This document shows positions 1 to 12,650 of a stretch of DNA of 64,000 bases, one piece after another (the first letter of the stretch is position 1; each line of letters opens with the position of its first letter). Source of the DNA: Octopus vulgaris (taxonomy: Eukaryota); NCBI GenBank assembly GCA_951406725.2, contig OX597843.1:6386001-6450000 (forward strand). The letters are read 5' to 3'. Both the position numbers and the translations under genes were made by a program. A model generated the notes under the pieces. It saw only the letters and a program-made list of their open reading frames with translations. It had not been told where the DNA came from and ran no database searches.

Positions 1-250
1 CCGAACCGCTAAGTTACGGGGGATGTAAACACACCAGCATCGGTTGTCAAGCGATGTTGGGGGGAAAAACACAGACACAAACACACACACACATATATAT
101 ATATATATACAACAGGCTTCTTTCAGTTTCCATCTACCAAATCCACTCACGAGACTAAAGTAGAAGACACTTGCCCAAGGTGCCACGCAGTGGGACTGAA
201 CCTGGAACAATGTGGTTGGTAAACAAGCTACTTACCACACAGCCACTCTG
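1..250 (-). mobile_element. SINE family A, partial
   Basis: Reverse-complement match to 17207-17615. Confidence 0.85.
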
Positions 251-762
251 TACACTTTCTGCAACTTTGCGTAGGCCTCTGAGCAGGTATTGCCATCACA
301 ACTTTCTGTCAATGCGATGATCACACGCTACACACCTTCCTTCCAAGCACTGCTGTAAAAAGTGGAAGTGAGCTAGAACGTTAAAATTTAAGAGTCCAAG
401 GTCAGAGTTTACCAAGCAGCTTTACTCTGCATGGCTTACCTTTACCTTCGTTACTATGGCAACAGTCCGGACACTGATTGGTCACACCTCATACACACAC
501 GCACAAATACAGACAGACACAAAACATACACACATTCAAACACACGCACACTTATACAGACATTGACTTACACACACATGCAAACACTAACAAACACACA
601 CTGACATACAGGCACACACACAAACATACAGGCACACACACACACAAACATACAGGCACACACATAAATACACACACATGCAAACACAAAGACACATACA
701 TACTAACACACACACACACACACACTCAACACAACAACTCCAAAATACAGCTGAATAAATAT

Positions 763-768
763 TTTATT
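763..768 (-). terminator. Candidate AATAAA poly(A) signal for the CIIC isoform
   Basis: U-rich upstream, GU-rich downstream element (ttggagttgttgtgttgagtgtg). Confidence 0.35.
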
Positions 769-999
769 TCATTAAAATCAACAAAAGAAACAAAAAAACA
801 AAAAAAAAAATAACGACTATGTTGCTATGGCAACGGCAGAAAATAGGGGCTAATGAGAAAAGCTGTTGTTGTTGTTGTTGTTAGATGGGGTCATTTTAGA
901 ATTTAATGGGATCCTCTCAGTCCTCCTTTCCCTTTTATTTCAGAAAAGGAGCGAAACAGAATGACTTTAGGGTTTCATTGGGTCCCGGATTTTTTGGTG

Positions 1000-2410
1000 G
1001 GTTAACACTTGGTGTGACTCATGCTGGGCCTGGTGTGGGTTAACATGATAGGTCATCCTTACTGGGCTTGGTATTGGTTAACAGGTAAGTTGACCCATAT
1101 TGGGCCTGGTGTGGGCTAACATATGTCGAGTCATCCATATTGGGTTTGTTGTGGGTCAACATAAATTGGAGCATCCATACTGAGTATGGTGTGAGCTAAA
1201 GATGTTATGTCATTCTTACTAGGCTAACATATGTTGGTTGACCCATACTGGGCTAACAGGTATTGCTTGATTCATTCTAGGCTGGTCTGGGCTAACATAC
1301 GTTGGGACATCCATACTGGACCTGGTGTGGGCTAATATATGTTGGATTATTCATATTGAGCCTGGTGTGGGCTAACATGTTGGGCCATCTCTTGTGGGTT
1401 TGGTGTGGACTAACACAGGTTGACCCATATTGGGCCTAGTGTCAGCTAACACATGTTGAGTTGTCCATTCTGGAGCTAATGTGGGCTAACATATGCTGGG
1501 ATAAGAATCAAATGTACTAACAGTAGCAGGATAACATGTATGTTGTCCTTTCTAAAGGTACTGGATTGAGAACATTGGGCTAACATATGTTGAATCAAGT
1601 GTACAGAGGCTGGGATAACATAATATGTTCCCTGAAAAAACACTGGACTGAAGTAACATTGTGATCTATATATAAAGGCACTGTTGTAGGGGTACAGTGT
1701 GTTCCCTGTAAAGGCACTGGTGTGGGGTAACATTGTTACCTCTGTAAGGCACTGGAGTGGGGTAACATTGCTCCCCTAGTAAAGGCACTGGTGTGAGTTA
1801 ACAGTGTTACTCCTGTAAAGGCACTGCAGTGGGGTAACATATTGTGTCCCCTGAAGGGGATAACATTGTTCCCTCTGTAAATGCACTGAAGTAAAGTAAC
1901 ATAGTATGTCCCCTGTAAAGGCACAGCTGTGGGGTAACAGTATATTTCATGTAAAGGCACTGCAATGGGATTATATACTGTGCCTTCCATAAAAGTACTT
2001 GAGTGGGGTAACATTGTTCCCTCTGTAAAGGCACAGGTGGGGTGGCAATGTATTGTGCTCCCAGTAGAGACACTAGTGTGGGGCAAAATAATTTGAGTTA
2101 ATGACATAGGTATTGGTGGGTAATATATGCACTGTGCCCCTATAAAGGCACCATTGGTGTGTAAGTAACACAAAGTGTACCCATGTAACAAAATTTACTG
2201 TCCCCTAAATCAAATGTAAAGACACTAGACTTGGGTAATAAATTGTGCCCTTTGTAGAGGCCCTGGAGTTTTAATATTTCTAGGTTAAATACACAGGCAT
2301 TGGTAGGGTAACATATTACCCCTTGAAAAGGAACATGGGCAAGGATAACATGTTGGGTCTAAAGTACTGACATTAGTGGGTTAATAATGGGTATACTGGG
2401 TTAACTGAAC
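1000..2410. repeat. Two adjoining degenerate ~40-bp minisatellite arrays
   Basis: ccatactgggcctggtgtgggctaacat units, then cctgtaaaggcactg..gtggggtaaca units. Confidence 0.8.
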
Positions 2411-2967
2411 AGAAACTGATGAGATAAGCTATGTGGAAGGGGTACACAGATTAATCAGCAGGTTGTTTGCCCTCCCACATTTGCCCTTAATGATTAGGGA
2501 TTTGACTGCTATTTCTAGCAGGTTAAACAACCATGTAGGAGACTCCCTCCTTGATTCAGGAGTGGTGGGGGGAGGACAGTGAGCATGAATGTGTGTGTTC
2601 ATCTGTTGGTAAGTAGGGGTTTGTGTGCGTAGGCCCTTTAGGGGTCTCTGTGACACAAGACAATCGAAAATCTGAGATGATCCCACTGTGTGGAGAATAA
2701 AAGGGAGCGGATGGAAGGTCTGTCGTGGGGAGAGAAAGAGAAGGGAAGGGAAGGGAAATGGGACAGGGGGAACTTTTCTGGTTTGTTGGTAGGTGAAAAC
2801 GGGGGTGGGGTGGGAACTTCTTTGGTTTGTCGGAAGGTAGCAAGACTAGGGTGGGGGAACCTCTGACCTGCACTTCTCCATAGATTTTGGCACTGAGCTT
2901 CTTGGAGATTTTAGGTATAATTATACTAATGTGTCCATCTGTTCTAATTTAATTAAATTCTGTCTTT

Positions 2968-3061
2968 GTGCAGCTGAAGATTGCTCTACATTTTAAATTG
3001 ATGTAATGAAATGATTGCATTGTTCAATTAAATGCAGTTGCATGAAATGATCGTACTGCAT
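2968..3061 (+). ncRNA. Minimal type-I hammerhead ribozyme motif (Penelope-like relic)
   Basis: gtgcag-CTGAAGA-stem II-GAAA-tgatcg-TA-ctgcat. Confidence 0.6.
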
Positions 3062-4944
3062 TACCTCTGGATATCCTTGTGGCTTACTTTGAGATATATA
3101 TATATATATATATATATACTCTTTTACTTGTTTCAGTCATGTGACTGTGGCCATGCTGGAGCATGGCATTTAATCAAGCAAATCGACCCCAGGACTTATT
3201 CTATTGGTCTCTTCTGCCGAACCGCTAAGTTACGGAGACGTAAACACACCAGCATCGGTTGTCAAGCGATGGTGGGGGGGACAAACACATATATATATAT
3301 ACACATACATATATATGACAGGTTTCTTTCAGTTTCTGTCTACCAAATCTACTCATTATCATAATTTAATGTCCATTTTCTATGCTGACATGAATGGCTT
3401 GATAGGGGGTGGTCAGCTGGAGAGCTTCCCAGGCTCCATGTCTGTTTTGGCATGGTTTCTACAACTGGGTGCCCTTCCTAACGCCAACCACTTCAGAGAG
3501 TGAACTGGTTGCTTTTTACGTGGCTTGATCACTTGCAAGGTCAGTTCTATCATGGCTTCAACAGCTTGATGCCCTTCCTAATGCCAACCACTCTACAGAG
3601 TGGGTCAGGTGCTTTTTATGTGGCACCAGCACTTGGAAGGTCTGTTCTGCTATGGTTTCTACAGTCGGATGCCCTTCCTAATGCCAACCACTTTACATAG
3701 TGGACTGGGTGCTTTTTACATGGTCTGGCACCCACGAGCCTGCAAGATTAAGAACTACATTTTTCCATGCCAGCATGGGTTAATAATCCATCCACCCACG
3801 TACCCATCCATCCACGTGAAAGGAGACATTGGGGCCAGCCACAGTCCTCTGGTTCATCAGTTCCTGTCCAACCCATACTCCTCCCATTTTTTGCTTTCTC
3901 TGGTTTCCTTACCCAATCCTTCTTCCCCATAACTCCCTCCCACTCTCTCGCCCAGATTTGGTTGACTTTTCGTATCACAAACTGAGACTCCCCTTCTAAT
4001 TTCCCTGATTCAGCCCCGTTTTTCCCAGCCAAAGAGGAGAAGTATACATCACTGCCAAACACAGTCCACCTAGCTGTAAATAGGTACGCCGTGGAGGTAC
4101 AGAGGCCCACAGGTGTGCTCAGGCCACTTGGCTGTAAATGGACACCATGCTACTCTTCTACTCGCTGCATTTTTCATTTCAATTATCCCAAGATGCACCA
4201 TTCTATCAACCTAAACAACTTCTTCTAGTATATGGTGACCTCTGACCTTGAGGTCACTATAGTAAGATGACCTCTGACCTCCAGACCATTTTCATATGTC
4301 CTAGGCGTGACTTTAAACTGCATCCGATAGTGGGGATCTGATTCAAGAATTCCAGGGTTTTGAGTAGGGTGGACCCACCCAATAGCCAGTATTGTTCCCA
4401 GGCCTACTCAGGTCCAGGGTAGGAGCACTTGTCAGGGTCCAAAGTCCACTCTATTTTTTGGGGGGTGGGGTTGATGTAGTGGTGATGTTGGGTGAGGTAA
4501 GGGGAAAGTGTTGCAGAGGCAGGATAGGTGGGTGGGGTGGTCAGGTGGATGGGGGTAGGTGAGGTGCCGGGATAGATGGGGGATGGGTGGTGGTTTCGTG
4601 CAGGTGGTGGGGAGCGCTTGGTAGACAAGGGTAGATGGAGGCATCGGGGAGGGGGAGATGGTGGTAGTGTCAGATGGTCAGGGGGGATGGGGGTGTTTGG
4701 TAGACAGGGGTGGGGGAAGATGTCGGATAGACAAGGGAACAGCTGGAAGAGAAGCGCTAAGGTAGAAGGCATGGTAGGGAGGTGGGGTTAGTTGTCTTTG
4801 ATGATCATGATGGTGATGATGATGAATCAAAATGCTAAGTCAGGGGTGGGTGGCATGGGCAGAAAGCAGAAACAACAACAGCTACTACTACTACTACAAT
4901 AGTAACAAGCTTCTGTGGCTCGTTAAAAGCGACAGAGTTTCTCG

Positions 4945-5495
4945 TTAACATATTATGCAGTGATCGACTTTTTCCGCAATTGACGGACTTTCTGCTTTGC
5001 CAGTGGCTGGTGGTACCGGTGCTGGACTGGGGGCCGGCGTAGCTGCTGTGGTTGTTGTTGGTGTCGATGGGGGTGGAGTCGGTGCGGGGACGCCGCCAGG
5101 GGACGGAGCAGCGTTGGGAGTTAAAGACGATGGAGCGTCACCGATTTCCACCGCGTCCATAACAATGCTGTCCTCCTCCATCTGCTGCTCGGGGTCGCCC
5201 TCGGCGTTGTCTATGGAGAGCAAAGCATCCTCGCCCTCCGTCGTGCAGTATTTCAGCTCAGACATTTCCGTGGCCATTTCTGCAAGCTCGATTTTTTCCT
5301 CGACACAAGCGCCCTCTCCCCGTCGCTGGGATTCCGCCACATCTCCATCACCGCCATGGGCCCTCTCCCCTTTTTCGTCTCCCTCTGATGGTACCCCGGC
5401 ATCATCACCATTATTCTTATTCGGGTCTGCGTAACCATCTTCCTCGGCATTCATCATCGTACCATGACAGCATTCTCCGATTTCGGTTCCAATCT
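4945..5495 (-). CDS. Probable alternative last exon of CLIP1: 183-aa acidic then Pro/Thr-rich tail ending DHCIIC* (CaaX-like)
   Basis: Strong U-rich acceptor (tgtattttttgtcAG) in phase 1, matching the exon L donor; non-repetitive GC-rich ORF. Assignment to CLIP1 is inference. Confidence 0.65.
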
Positions 5496-5769
5496 CTGAC
5501 AAAAAATACAAAAAAGAAACAAAAAAAACAAAAACAACAGAATTACACAGGTACCACATGAGAGATCGTCAATCAATTTGGCTCAAATGCCCCACACCCA
5601 CCTTCCATGTAAAACCAGCCATGCCCACCCCCAAAATTATTCACTTCTATTTTTCTCCCATCAGCCAGATATTGGTTTCAAATTTCGACGCAAGGCCAGC
5701 AACTTTGTGAGAGGGCAGAAGTTGATTACATCGACCCCAGTGTTACAACTGGTACTCATTTTGCTCTTT

Positions 5770-5976
5770 ACTCTTCTATTTGTTTCAGTCATTTGACTGT
5801 GGCCATGCTGGGGCACCACCTTTAGTTGAGCACATTGATCCCCAGGACTTATTCTTTGTAAGCCCAGTACTTATTCTATCGGTCTCTTCTGCCGATCTGC
5901 TAAGTGACGGGGACGTAAACATACCAGCATCAGTTGTCAAGTGATGCTAGAGGAACAAACACAGACACACAAACAT

Positions 5977-6011
<35 letters not shown>

Positions 6012-6170
6012 CGACGGGCTTCTTTCAGTTTCCGTCTACCAAATCCACTCACAAGGCTTTGGTCGGCCTGAGGCTATAGCAGAAGACACTTGCCCAAGGT
6101 GCCACGCAGTGGGACTGAACCCGGAACCATGTGGTTGGTAAGCAAGCTACTTACCACACAGCCACTCCTG
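5770..6170 (-). mobile_element. SINE family A, full-length
   Basis: Reverse-complement match to 17207-17615. Confidence 0.88.
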
Positions 6171-6585
6171 TGTCATATATATATATATATATATATATGA
6201 CATCATCATTTAGCATCTGTTTTCCATGCTGGCATGGGTTGACAGAAGTTGGCCAGCCGGCAAGATGCCCAAACTCCAATTGTCTGTTTTTGGCTCGGTT
6301 TCCATGGCTAGGTGCCCTTTCTAACACCAACCACTTTACAGAGAGTGTATTGGGTGCTTTTCACATGCCACTGGCATCAGTGCGTTTGTGCAGTATCAGC
6401 ACAAATGCATTTTATTTGGCAGCCGCCCCTGGAGAGGACACGCCTGAATGCACGGACGACAGCGATTTCATTTAGCTCGATACATCTCCTAAAGTACAGC
6501 AAATCGCCACAACTCTCGGCCCCAATGTACAAAAGAGAAAAATTCATCTTCAGACAATCCATAGACCCCGGGACAAGTTGATATC

Positions 6586-6823
6586 TATTTCTTTATTACC
6601 CACAAGGGCCTAAACACAGAGGGGACAAACAAGGACAGACATAGGTATTAAGTCGATTACATCGACCCCAGTGCGTAACTGGTACGTACTTTAATTTATC
6701 GACCCCCGAAAGGATGAAAGACAAAGTTGACCTCGGCGGAATTTGAACTCAGAACGTAACGGCAGACGAAATACCGCAAAGCATTTCGCCCGGCGTGCTA
6801 ACGACTCTGCCAGCTTGCCGCCT
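6586..6823 (-). mobile_element. SINE family B
   Basis: Reverse-complement match to 34332-34557. Confidence 0.85.
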
Positions 6824-6969
6824 TTTATCTATGGAATATCTGTGTGCTGATCGGGCCCTGTTTCTCAACCAGTATTGAACCTGTGACCCTGGGGTTTAAA
6901 AGAACCTCAACAACTAAAAAGAAAATAAGACACGGATCAACTTGGTTTCATCATCAAAATAAATTCAAC

Positions 6970-6975
6970 TTTATT
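6970..6975 (-). terminator. Candidate AATAAA poly(A) signal for the DETF isoform
   Basis: AATAAA followed by U/GU-rich sequence, just upstream of the distal exon acceptor; another AATAAA at 11829-11834. Confidence 0.35.
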
Positions 6976-7019
6976 TTTAAAAAAAAGCAAAGGAAACGGT
7001 TTCAACCAATTTGTTATAG

Positions 7020-7570
7020 CGCAAGGGTGGTGTGGTGTATGCTGCAGTGTATGTTGTAGTATGCTATGGTGTATGTTGTAGTATGCTGCAGTGTAGGTCG
7101 TAATATGCTGTGGCATAGGTTGTAATATGCTGTGGTGTAGGTTGTAATATGTTGTAGTGTACGTCGTAGCAAGCTGTAGTGTACGTCATAGTATGCTGTG
7201 GTGTATGTCATAGTATGTGATGTAGGCCATAGTATGATGTGGTGTAGGTTGTAGTATGCTATAGTGTGCTGTCCAGTGGTGGTAGTGGTGTTGGTGTGGT
7301 ACAGCTGCATGGTGCAGTGTGGTGCCTGTTGTAGTATATTGCAGTGTTGACTAATGTGGTGTGTGTTGTAGTAGGCTGTAGTATGTTGTAGTGTATGCTG
7401 TGGTAGATGCTGTAGTATTTGGTGGCATGTCCTGTTGTATGCTGTGGTAGGTGCTGTAGTATGTTGTGGTGTTGTCTGATGTGGTATGTGTTACAGTATG
7501 TTGTGGTGGTGGAGTCATCTAGTGTGGTGTATGTTGTGGCATGTGTTGTAGTATCCAATATGGTTGTGCT
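7020..7570. repeat. Degenerate ~22-bp GT-rich minisatellite
   Basis: gtagtatgctgtggtgtaggtt-like units. Confidence 0.75.
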
Positions 7571-8519
7571 GTTTTCTGTACAGAATTAAAACTATTATTA
7601 TTATTATTATTCTTACAATTTTGTTATTTACAAAAGTAGCAGAGAAGGAAAAAGATAAGAAAAAACAGGGAGGGAGAGAGAGAGAGAGAGATACAGAGGA
7701 AAGAGAGAGGGGGAACTAAGAGAGAGAGGAGAGGGGACAGAGAGAGAGAGAGGGGATAGTGATATATATATATAGAGAGAGAGAGATGGAGAGAAAGATA
7801 AATAGAGGGAGAGAGAGAGAGTAAGGAAAGAAAGGCCTTAAAAACAGATCATCAAATCCAGACCAATTTTGAAAAATGGCAGGGGGGAGGGGGCAAGGGG
7901 GGTTGATGAAGGGGTGTGGTAGGAGGGGAGCGGGAAGGGATGGGCGTCACAAAAACAGCCCCATGGCCCTTGACTGTAAGGAAACATATGAAAGGGCTTC
8001 TGTGTGTGTGTGTGGTGCAGTGGTGGAGAGTGGAGGTGGTGAATGCGATTGGAGGGGGGAGTGGTGAAGAGGGTTAGTAGACACAGAGGTGGTGGCAGCG
8101 GTGAGAGGAGAGGAGAGAGAGTGACAGAAGTGGTGGTGATGGTTGAGGCGGTGGTGGTGGCGACGGCGGTAGTAGTGGAGGTAGTAGCAGTGGTGATGGT
8201 GGTAGGGGGGGGGGTCATTGGAAATTTTAGGGAGACGAGAACGGTTCAAATGGAATGTTGTTATTTCGTTGGGATCCCAACGGCTGGACACGGGGCCAAA
8301 AGGGGGGAAAGGCTGGCAGCCCCCCTCCCCCATGCTGGTCTGGCGCTCCACCCTGCCACCACGGTTCAAATCTCAGCTGGGTCACACATAGGGGCCACAC
8401 TGCTCCCTTATTTCTCTCTGGCAGGACTCTAATGTAGTGTCACCCATGTGGTGTTGTCCGATGCGCTGTGGTGGGGTTGAGTAAAGGCTACAATTTGACG
8501 AGGTGGGCAAACCCTAGGT

Positions 8520-9160
8520 AAAAACTGCTAGAGCAGTGTTGGAAAAGTGCAGTGTAAGAGATATAACAAAGAGAGAGGTGCTGTACTGCAGCAGTGGTAA
8601 ACTAGTGTAACGGCAGTGTCAGAATAGTGCAGTAACAGCGGTAAGGAAGTGCTGTGCCAGCAGTACAGCAGTGCTTTAACAGTGGCATTGCAGTGTTAGA
8701 GGAGCGCTATGGCAGTGGAAAAACAGTATGAGTGTTTTAGCAGTGGCATTGCAGTGCTAGAGGAGCACTACACCAGTGGAAAAGCAGAAGGAGCAGTGTT
8801 TTAGCAGTGGCAGTGTTAGAGGAGTGCTATGCCAGTGGAAAAGCAGTGGAATTGCAGTGTTAGAAGAGTGCTACATCAGTGGCACAGCAGTGTTAGAGGT
8901 GTATTTTACGAGTGGCATAGCAGTGCTAGGTGTATGCTATGCTGGCGACATGGCAGTGCTTTAACAGTGTTAGGGGAGTGCAATGGCAGTGTTTTATGAG
9001 TATCGTAGCAGTGCTTTAATGGTGTTATTGCAGTGTTAGAAAAGTGCTATGCCAGTGGTACGGCAGTGTTAATGGAGTGTGATCCTAACAGAGCTACAGC
9101 AGTGTCTGAGGCTTGTCGTGCAAGTGGCGGGTGACATACACCAGAGTGTTGTATCAGTGG
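8520..9160. repeat. Degenerate gcagtg-based tandem repeat
   Basis: Recurrent gcagtgttagaggagtgct. Confidence 0.7.
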
Positions 9161-9459
9161 TGTTGGCAGACCAACTGGACAGGCCAGGTTAAACCCGGTT
9201 GGGGGGTGGGGATGAGGGGGGGGGCAGCGGAGGTGATGAAGGGAGAGAAAGACCAGGACCATTAGGGCTGGGGGTCAGGTCAACGACCACCAAAGAAGGG
9301 AAACAGGAGGGGACAGCTTACTATCAACGAGAAGAATTACTGAGGTGTTATTAAGAGGAGATATATGATAATCCATCGAAGGGATTAACTGGTGTTATTT
9401 TGGGATTTGTCTGTCTATATTCTCTTCTATGCATCTGTCTACTTATATGGTTTCCAGGG

Positions 9460-10550
9460 GCTGGATTAGTAGCAAAGCAGAGATAATGATTGTCATTAGT
9501 TGAAAAATAAGCTAATTACAACTTAATCCTAGTCATGAGAACTGGTAGGAGATTAGGGATAATCCCTGACAGAGCTAGCAGCAGATTAAGTTAATGCACA
9601 GGTAGAAACTGGATAGGGTTACATTAAGCCATGGTATGGAGTTAATCGGGAGTAGGGACCAAGCTAATTCCTGGCATGGAGCTGGCTAGGATTAGAGTTA
9701 ATCCAGGATATAGAGCGAGCAGGCGACCAAGTTGATCCACAACATGGGTTAAGGTAATCCATGACATGGAGCTAGCAAGGGATTATGTTGATCTGCAATA
9801 TGAAGCTGATTATGGATCAAGTTAATCCATTATAGGACAGGAGGATTATGTTAATCCTGATATGGAGCTAGCAGGGATTTTAAGTTAAACCACGAGATTG
9901 AGTTGATATGAAACTGATTGTGGATCAAGTTAATCCATGACATGGGACTGGCAGGAGGATTAAGTTAATCCACAATAATGGAATTGGCAAGAGGATAAAG
10001 TTAATCCACATTAATGGAGTTGGCAGGCAATTAAGTTAATCCACAATATGGAAACAAACAGGGATTAATTCATGACATGGAATTTGCAAGGGATTAAGTT
10101 AATCCCTGATATGGAATTAAGTTAATGTATGACATGGAGCTGGCTGGAGATTACATTAATCCCTGATATGGAGCAAGCAGGCGATTAAGTTAAACCACAG
10201 TGTGGAGTTAAAAGGGGATTAATTTGATCCACAGCATGAAACTGGTTGGGGTTATGCTAATCCAAGACATTGAGCTAATAGGATTAAGTTAATCCACACT
10301 ATAGAGTTAGCAATGGATGAAAATGTTGTATGATATGAAGCTGGGGTCAAATTAATTGATGACATGGAAATGGTAGGGGATTAAGTTAATCCACAATAAT
10401 GGGATTAGCAGGGAATTGATTTCATGCCCAATGATGGCATTAGCAAGGGATGAAGTTAATCCACAATAATGGATTTAGGAGGGAATTAAGTCAATCCCTG
10501 ATATGGAATTAAAAGAGGATTATGATAATCCATGATGTGGAGTTGGCTGG
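9460..10550. repeat. Degenerate ~40-bp minisatellite with palindromic core ggattaagttaatcc
   Basis: Many consecutive units. Confidence 0.8.
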
Positions 10551-11129
10551 AAGGCAGAAGGAAGCAAATGTCCTGTAGCCCCTAAATATGAGGACAGGTT
10601 ACATAACTTTGGCCCTGTCCACTGGATAGAAGGGACCAAGCTATGTAGGGGGTCATATTATGGAGGAAGACGGAACAGCGGCTAAGTTGTAAAGAAGAGG
10701 GTCTTAGGGGTTATTCCAGTTACCCCCCAAAGAAAGAATGGTGACTTACCTTAACCCTTACCAACTGGACAGACTAGGTCAAACCAGGAGGGTGGTGGTG
10801 GTGATGGTGGTGGCGGCGAGGAGGAAGATCAGGGCCTTTAGGGGCCGGTAGTCAAACTACTACCAAAGTATGGAGATAAGGGACAACTTACTTTTATCTG
10901 TGCATTCTTGAAGATAAAAATTTAGGGAAAAAACCCTAATACATATATATACATATATATAATATTAGGGAGAGAGAGAGAGAGAGTAGAGAAAGAGCTT
11001 GACATAAACAGGGGCCGAAGGAGAGTCAAGGAGAAATGACAGAAGAGAGAGAGAGAGAGAGAGAGAGAGCAAAAGAGAGTAAGTCTCTCTTTTTCTCCCC
11101 CTATATAGGCAGAGAGGGGTGAACAGAGA

Positions 11130-11561
11130 GAGGGAGAGAGAGAAACAAATAGTGAGATAGAGAGATAGGGAGATAGAAAGAAATAGATAGATGGACATAA
11201 ATGAAGAGACAGACACACAGATAGATAGACCGAGAGATAGATAGGTAGGTAGATAGATGGATAGATAGAGATAGGTAGGTAGATAGATGGATGGATGGAT
11301 AGATAGAGAGAGAAGGAGAGATAGATAGATAGAGAGAGAGAGAAGGAGAGATAGATAGATAGAGAGAGAGAGAAGGAGAGATAGATAGATAGAGAGAGAG
11401 AGAAGGAGATATATAGATAGAGAGAGAGAGAAGGAGAGATAGATAGAGAGAGAGAGAGAGAGAAGGAGAGATAGATAGATAGATATATATAGAGAGAAGG
11501 AGAGATATACAGATAGATAGAGAAGGAGAGATAGATAGATAGATAGAGAGAGAGAGGAGAG

Positions 11562-11592
<31 letters not shown>

Positions 11593-11690
11593 AGGAGAGA
11601 GAGAGAAGGAGAGATAGATAGATAGACAGACAGATAGATAGAGACACAGACAGATAAATAAACAGAGAGATAGAGAGATGAAGACAGATC
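11130..11690. repeat. AG/AGAT compound microsatellite with ~30-bp higher-order unit
   Basis: agaaggagagatagatagatagagagagag repeated. Confidence 0.9.
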
Positions 11691-11964
11691 AATAATAGAC
11701 TTCAAGAGTAAAAATGTCTCAAATAGGTTTTTTTTTTTGTTAAACCAGAAAAAAAAGAAGAAAAAATCCGTCTGATTCAGGCTCAGGAAACTGTTTGTGT
11801 TTTGTTTTTGTTTGTTTTTTCTCTTCTTTTTATTAAAATCATTTCACAAAGCAGCAAATAACAGTGGCGGCAGCAACAACTGCGGCAGTAAAGGTAGCAG
11901 CAGCAGCGGCGGCAGCAGCCGAAAGTCAATACATATATATACATATATATATACATATATATAT

Positions 11965-12012
<48 letters not shown>

Positions 12013-12612
12013 ATATATTTAGAGAAAGGGAGAAAGCGGCCATCGTTAACTTGTAGGTTCTCTATGACGATGTTATGGTGGTCATGGGTGGTGATGGTCG
12101 TGGTAGGTGACAGTGGTGGCGATAATGGTGGTGGTGGTGGTGGTAGTGTCGGCAAGTAACGATGGCCATGGGCTAAGAAAGGGGGGGTGGGGACAAGGAG
12201 ATCATCGTCGTCGTCATCATCATCATCATTGTCGTCATCGTCAACATCATTGTTATCGTCGTCCGGGGCAGTGAAGTCAACAAAACGCCGACCGACCGTC
12301 CGCGACCACGCGTCGTCGGTCATCGGCGTTGGCGGGTGCAAGTTAGTCATGGTGATGGTGGTGGTGCTGCTGCTATGGGGCTGGTGGTGGTGGTGCACAG
12401 ATGTGGTGTGCAACTGGGTTTTTTTCAAAAAAAAAAAAAATTTTTTTTTTTCTCGCAACAAAAAGTAAATAAGGGGTGAGGTGTCCTGACCATCACCCCT
12501 GCAGATGGCCCTCAAAGCACAGCAACGATATTAGCACAGGAATATATGGCAACAATGTGCAGGCACTGATGTATATATACATATATACACATATATATAT
12601 ATATAATATGCA

Positions 12613-12650
<38 letters not shown>

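Noticed and set aside
4945-4965. CIIC as the start of a RING/PHD finger of a separate gene
   Set aside because: A TAA follows immediately and I found no convincing donor that would continue the finger
10922-11705. 246- and 256-aa Leu/Ser/Ile/Tyr ORFs
   Set aside because: Translations of an AG/AGAT microsatellite
11844-12515. 223-aa ORF with a poly-Asp stretch
   Set aside because: Lies in the probable 3' UTR and is stitched from simple repeats, with no splice signals or domain
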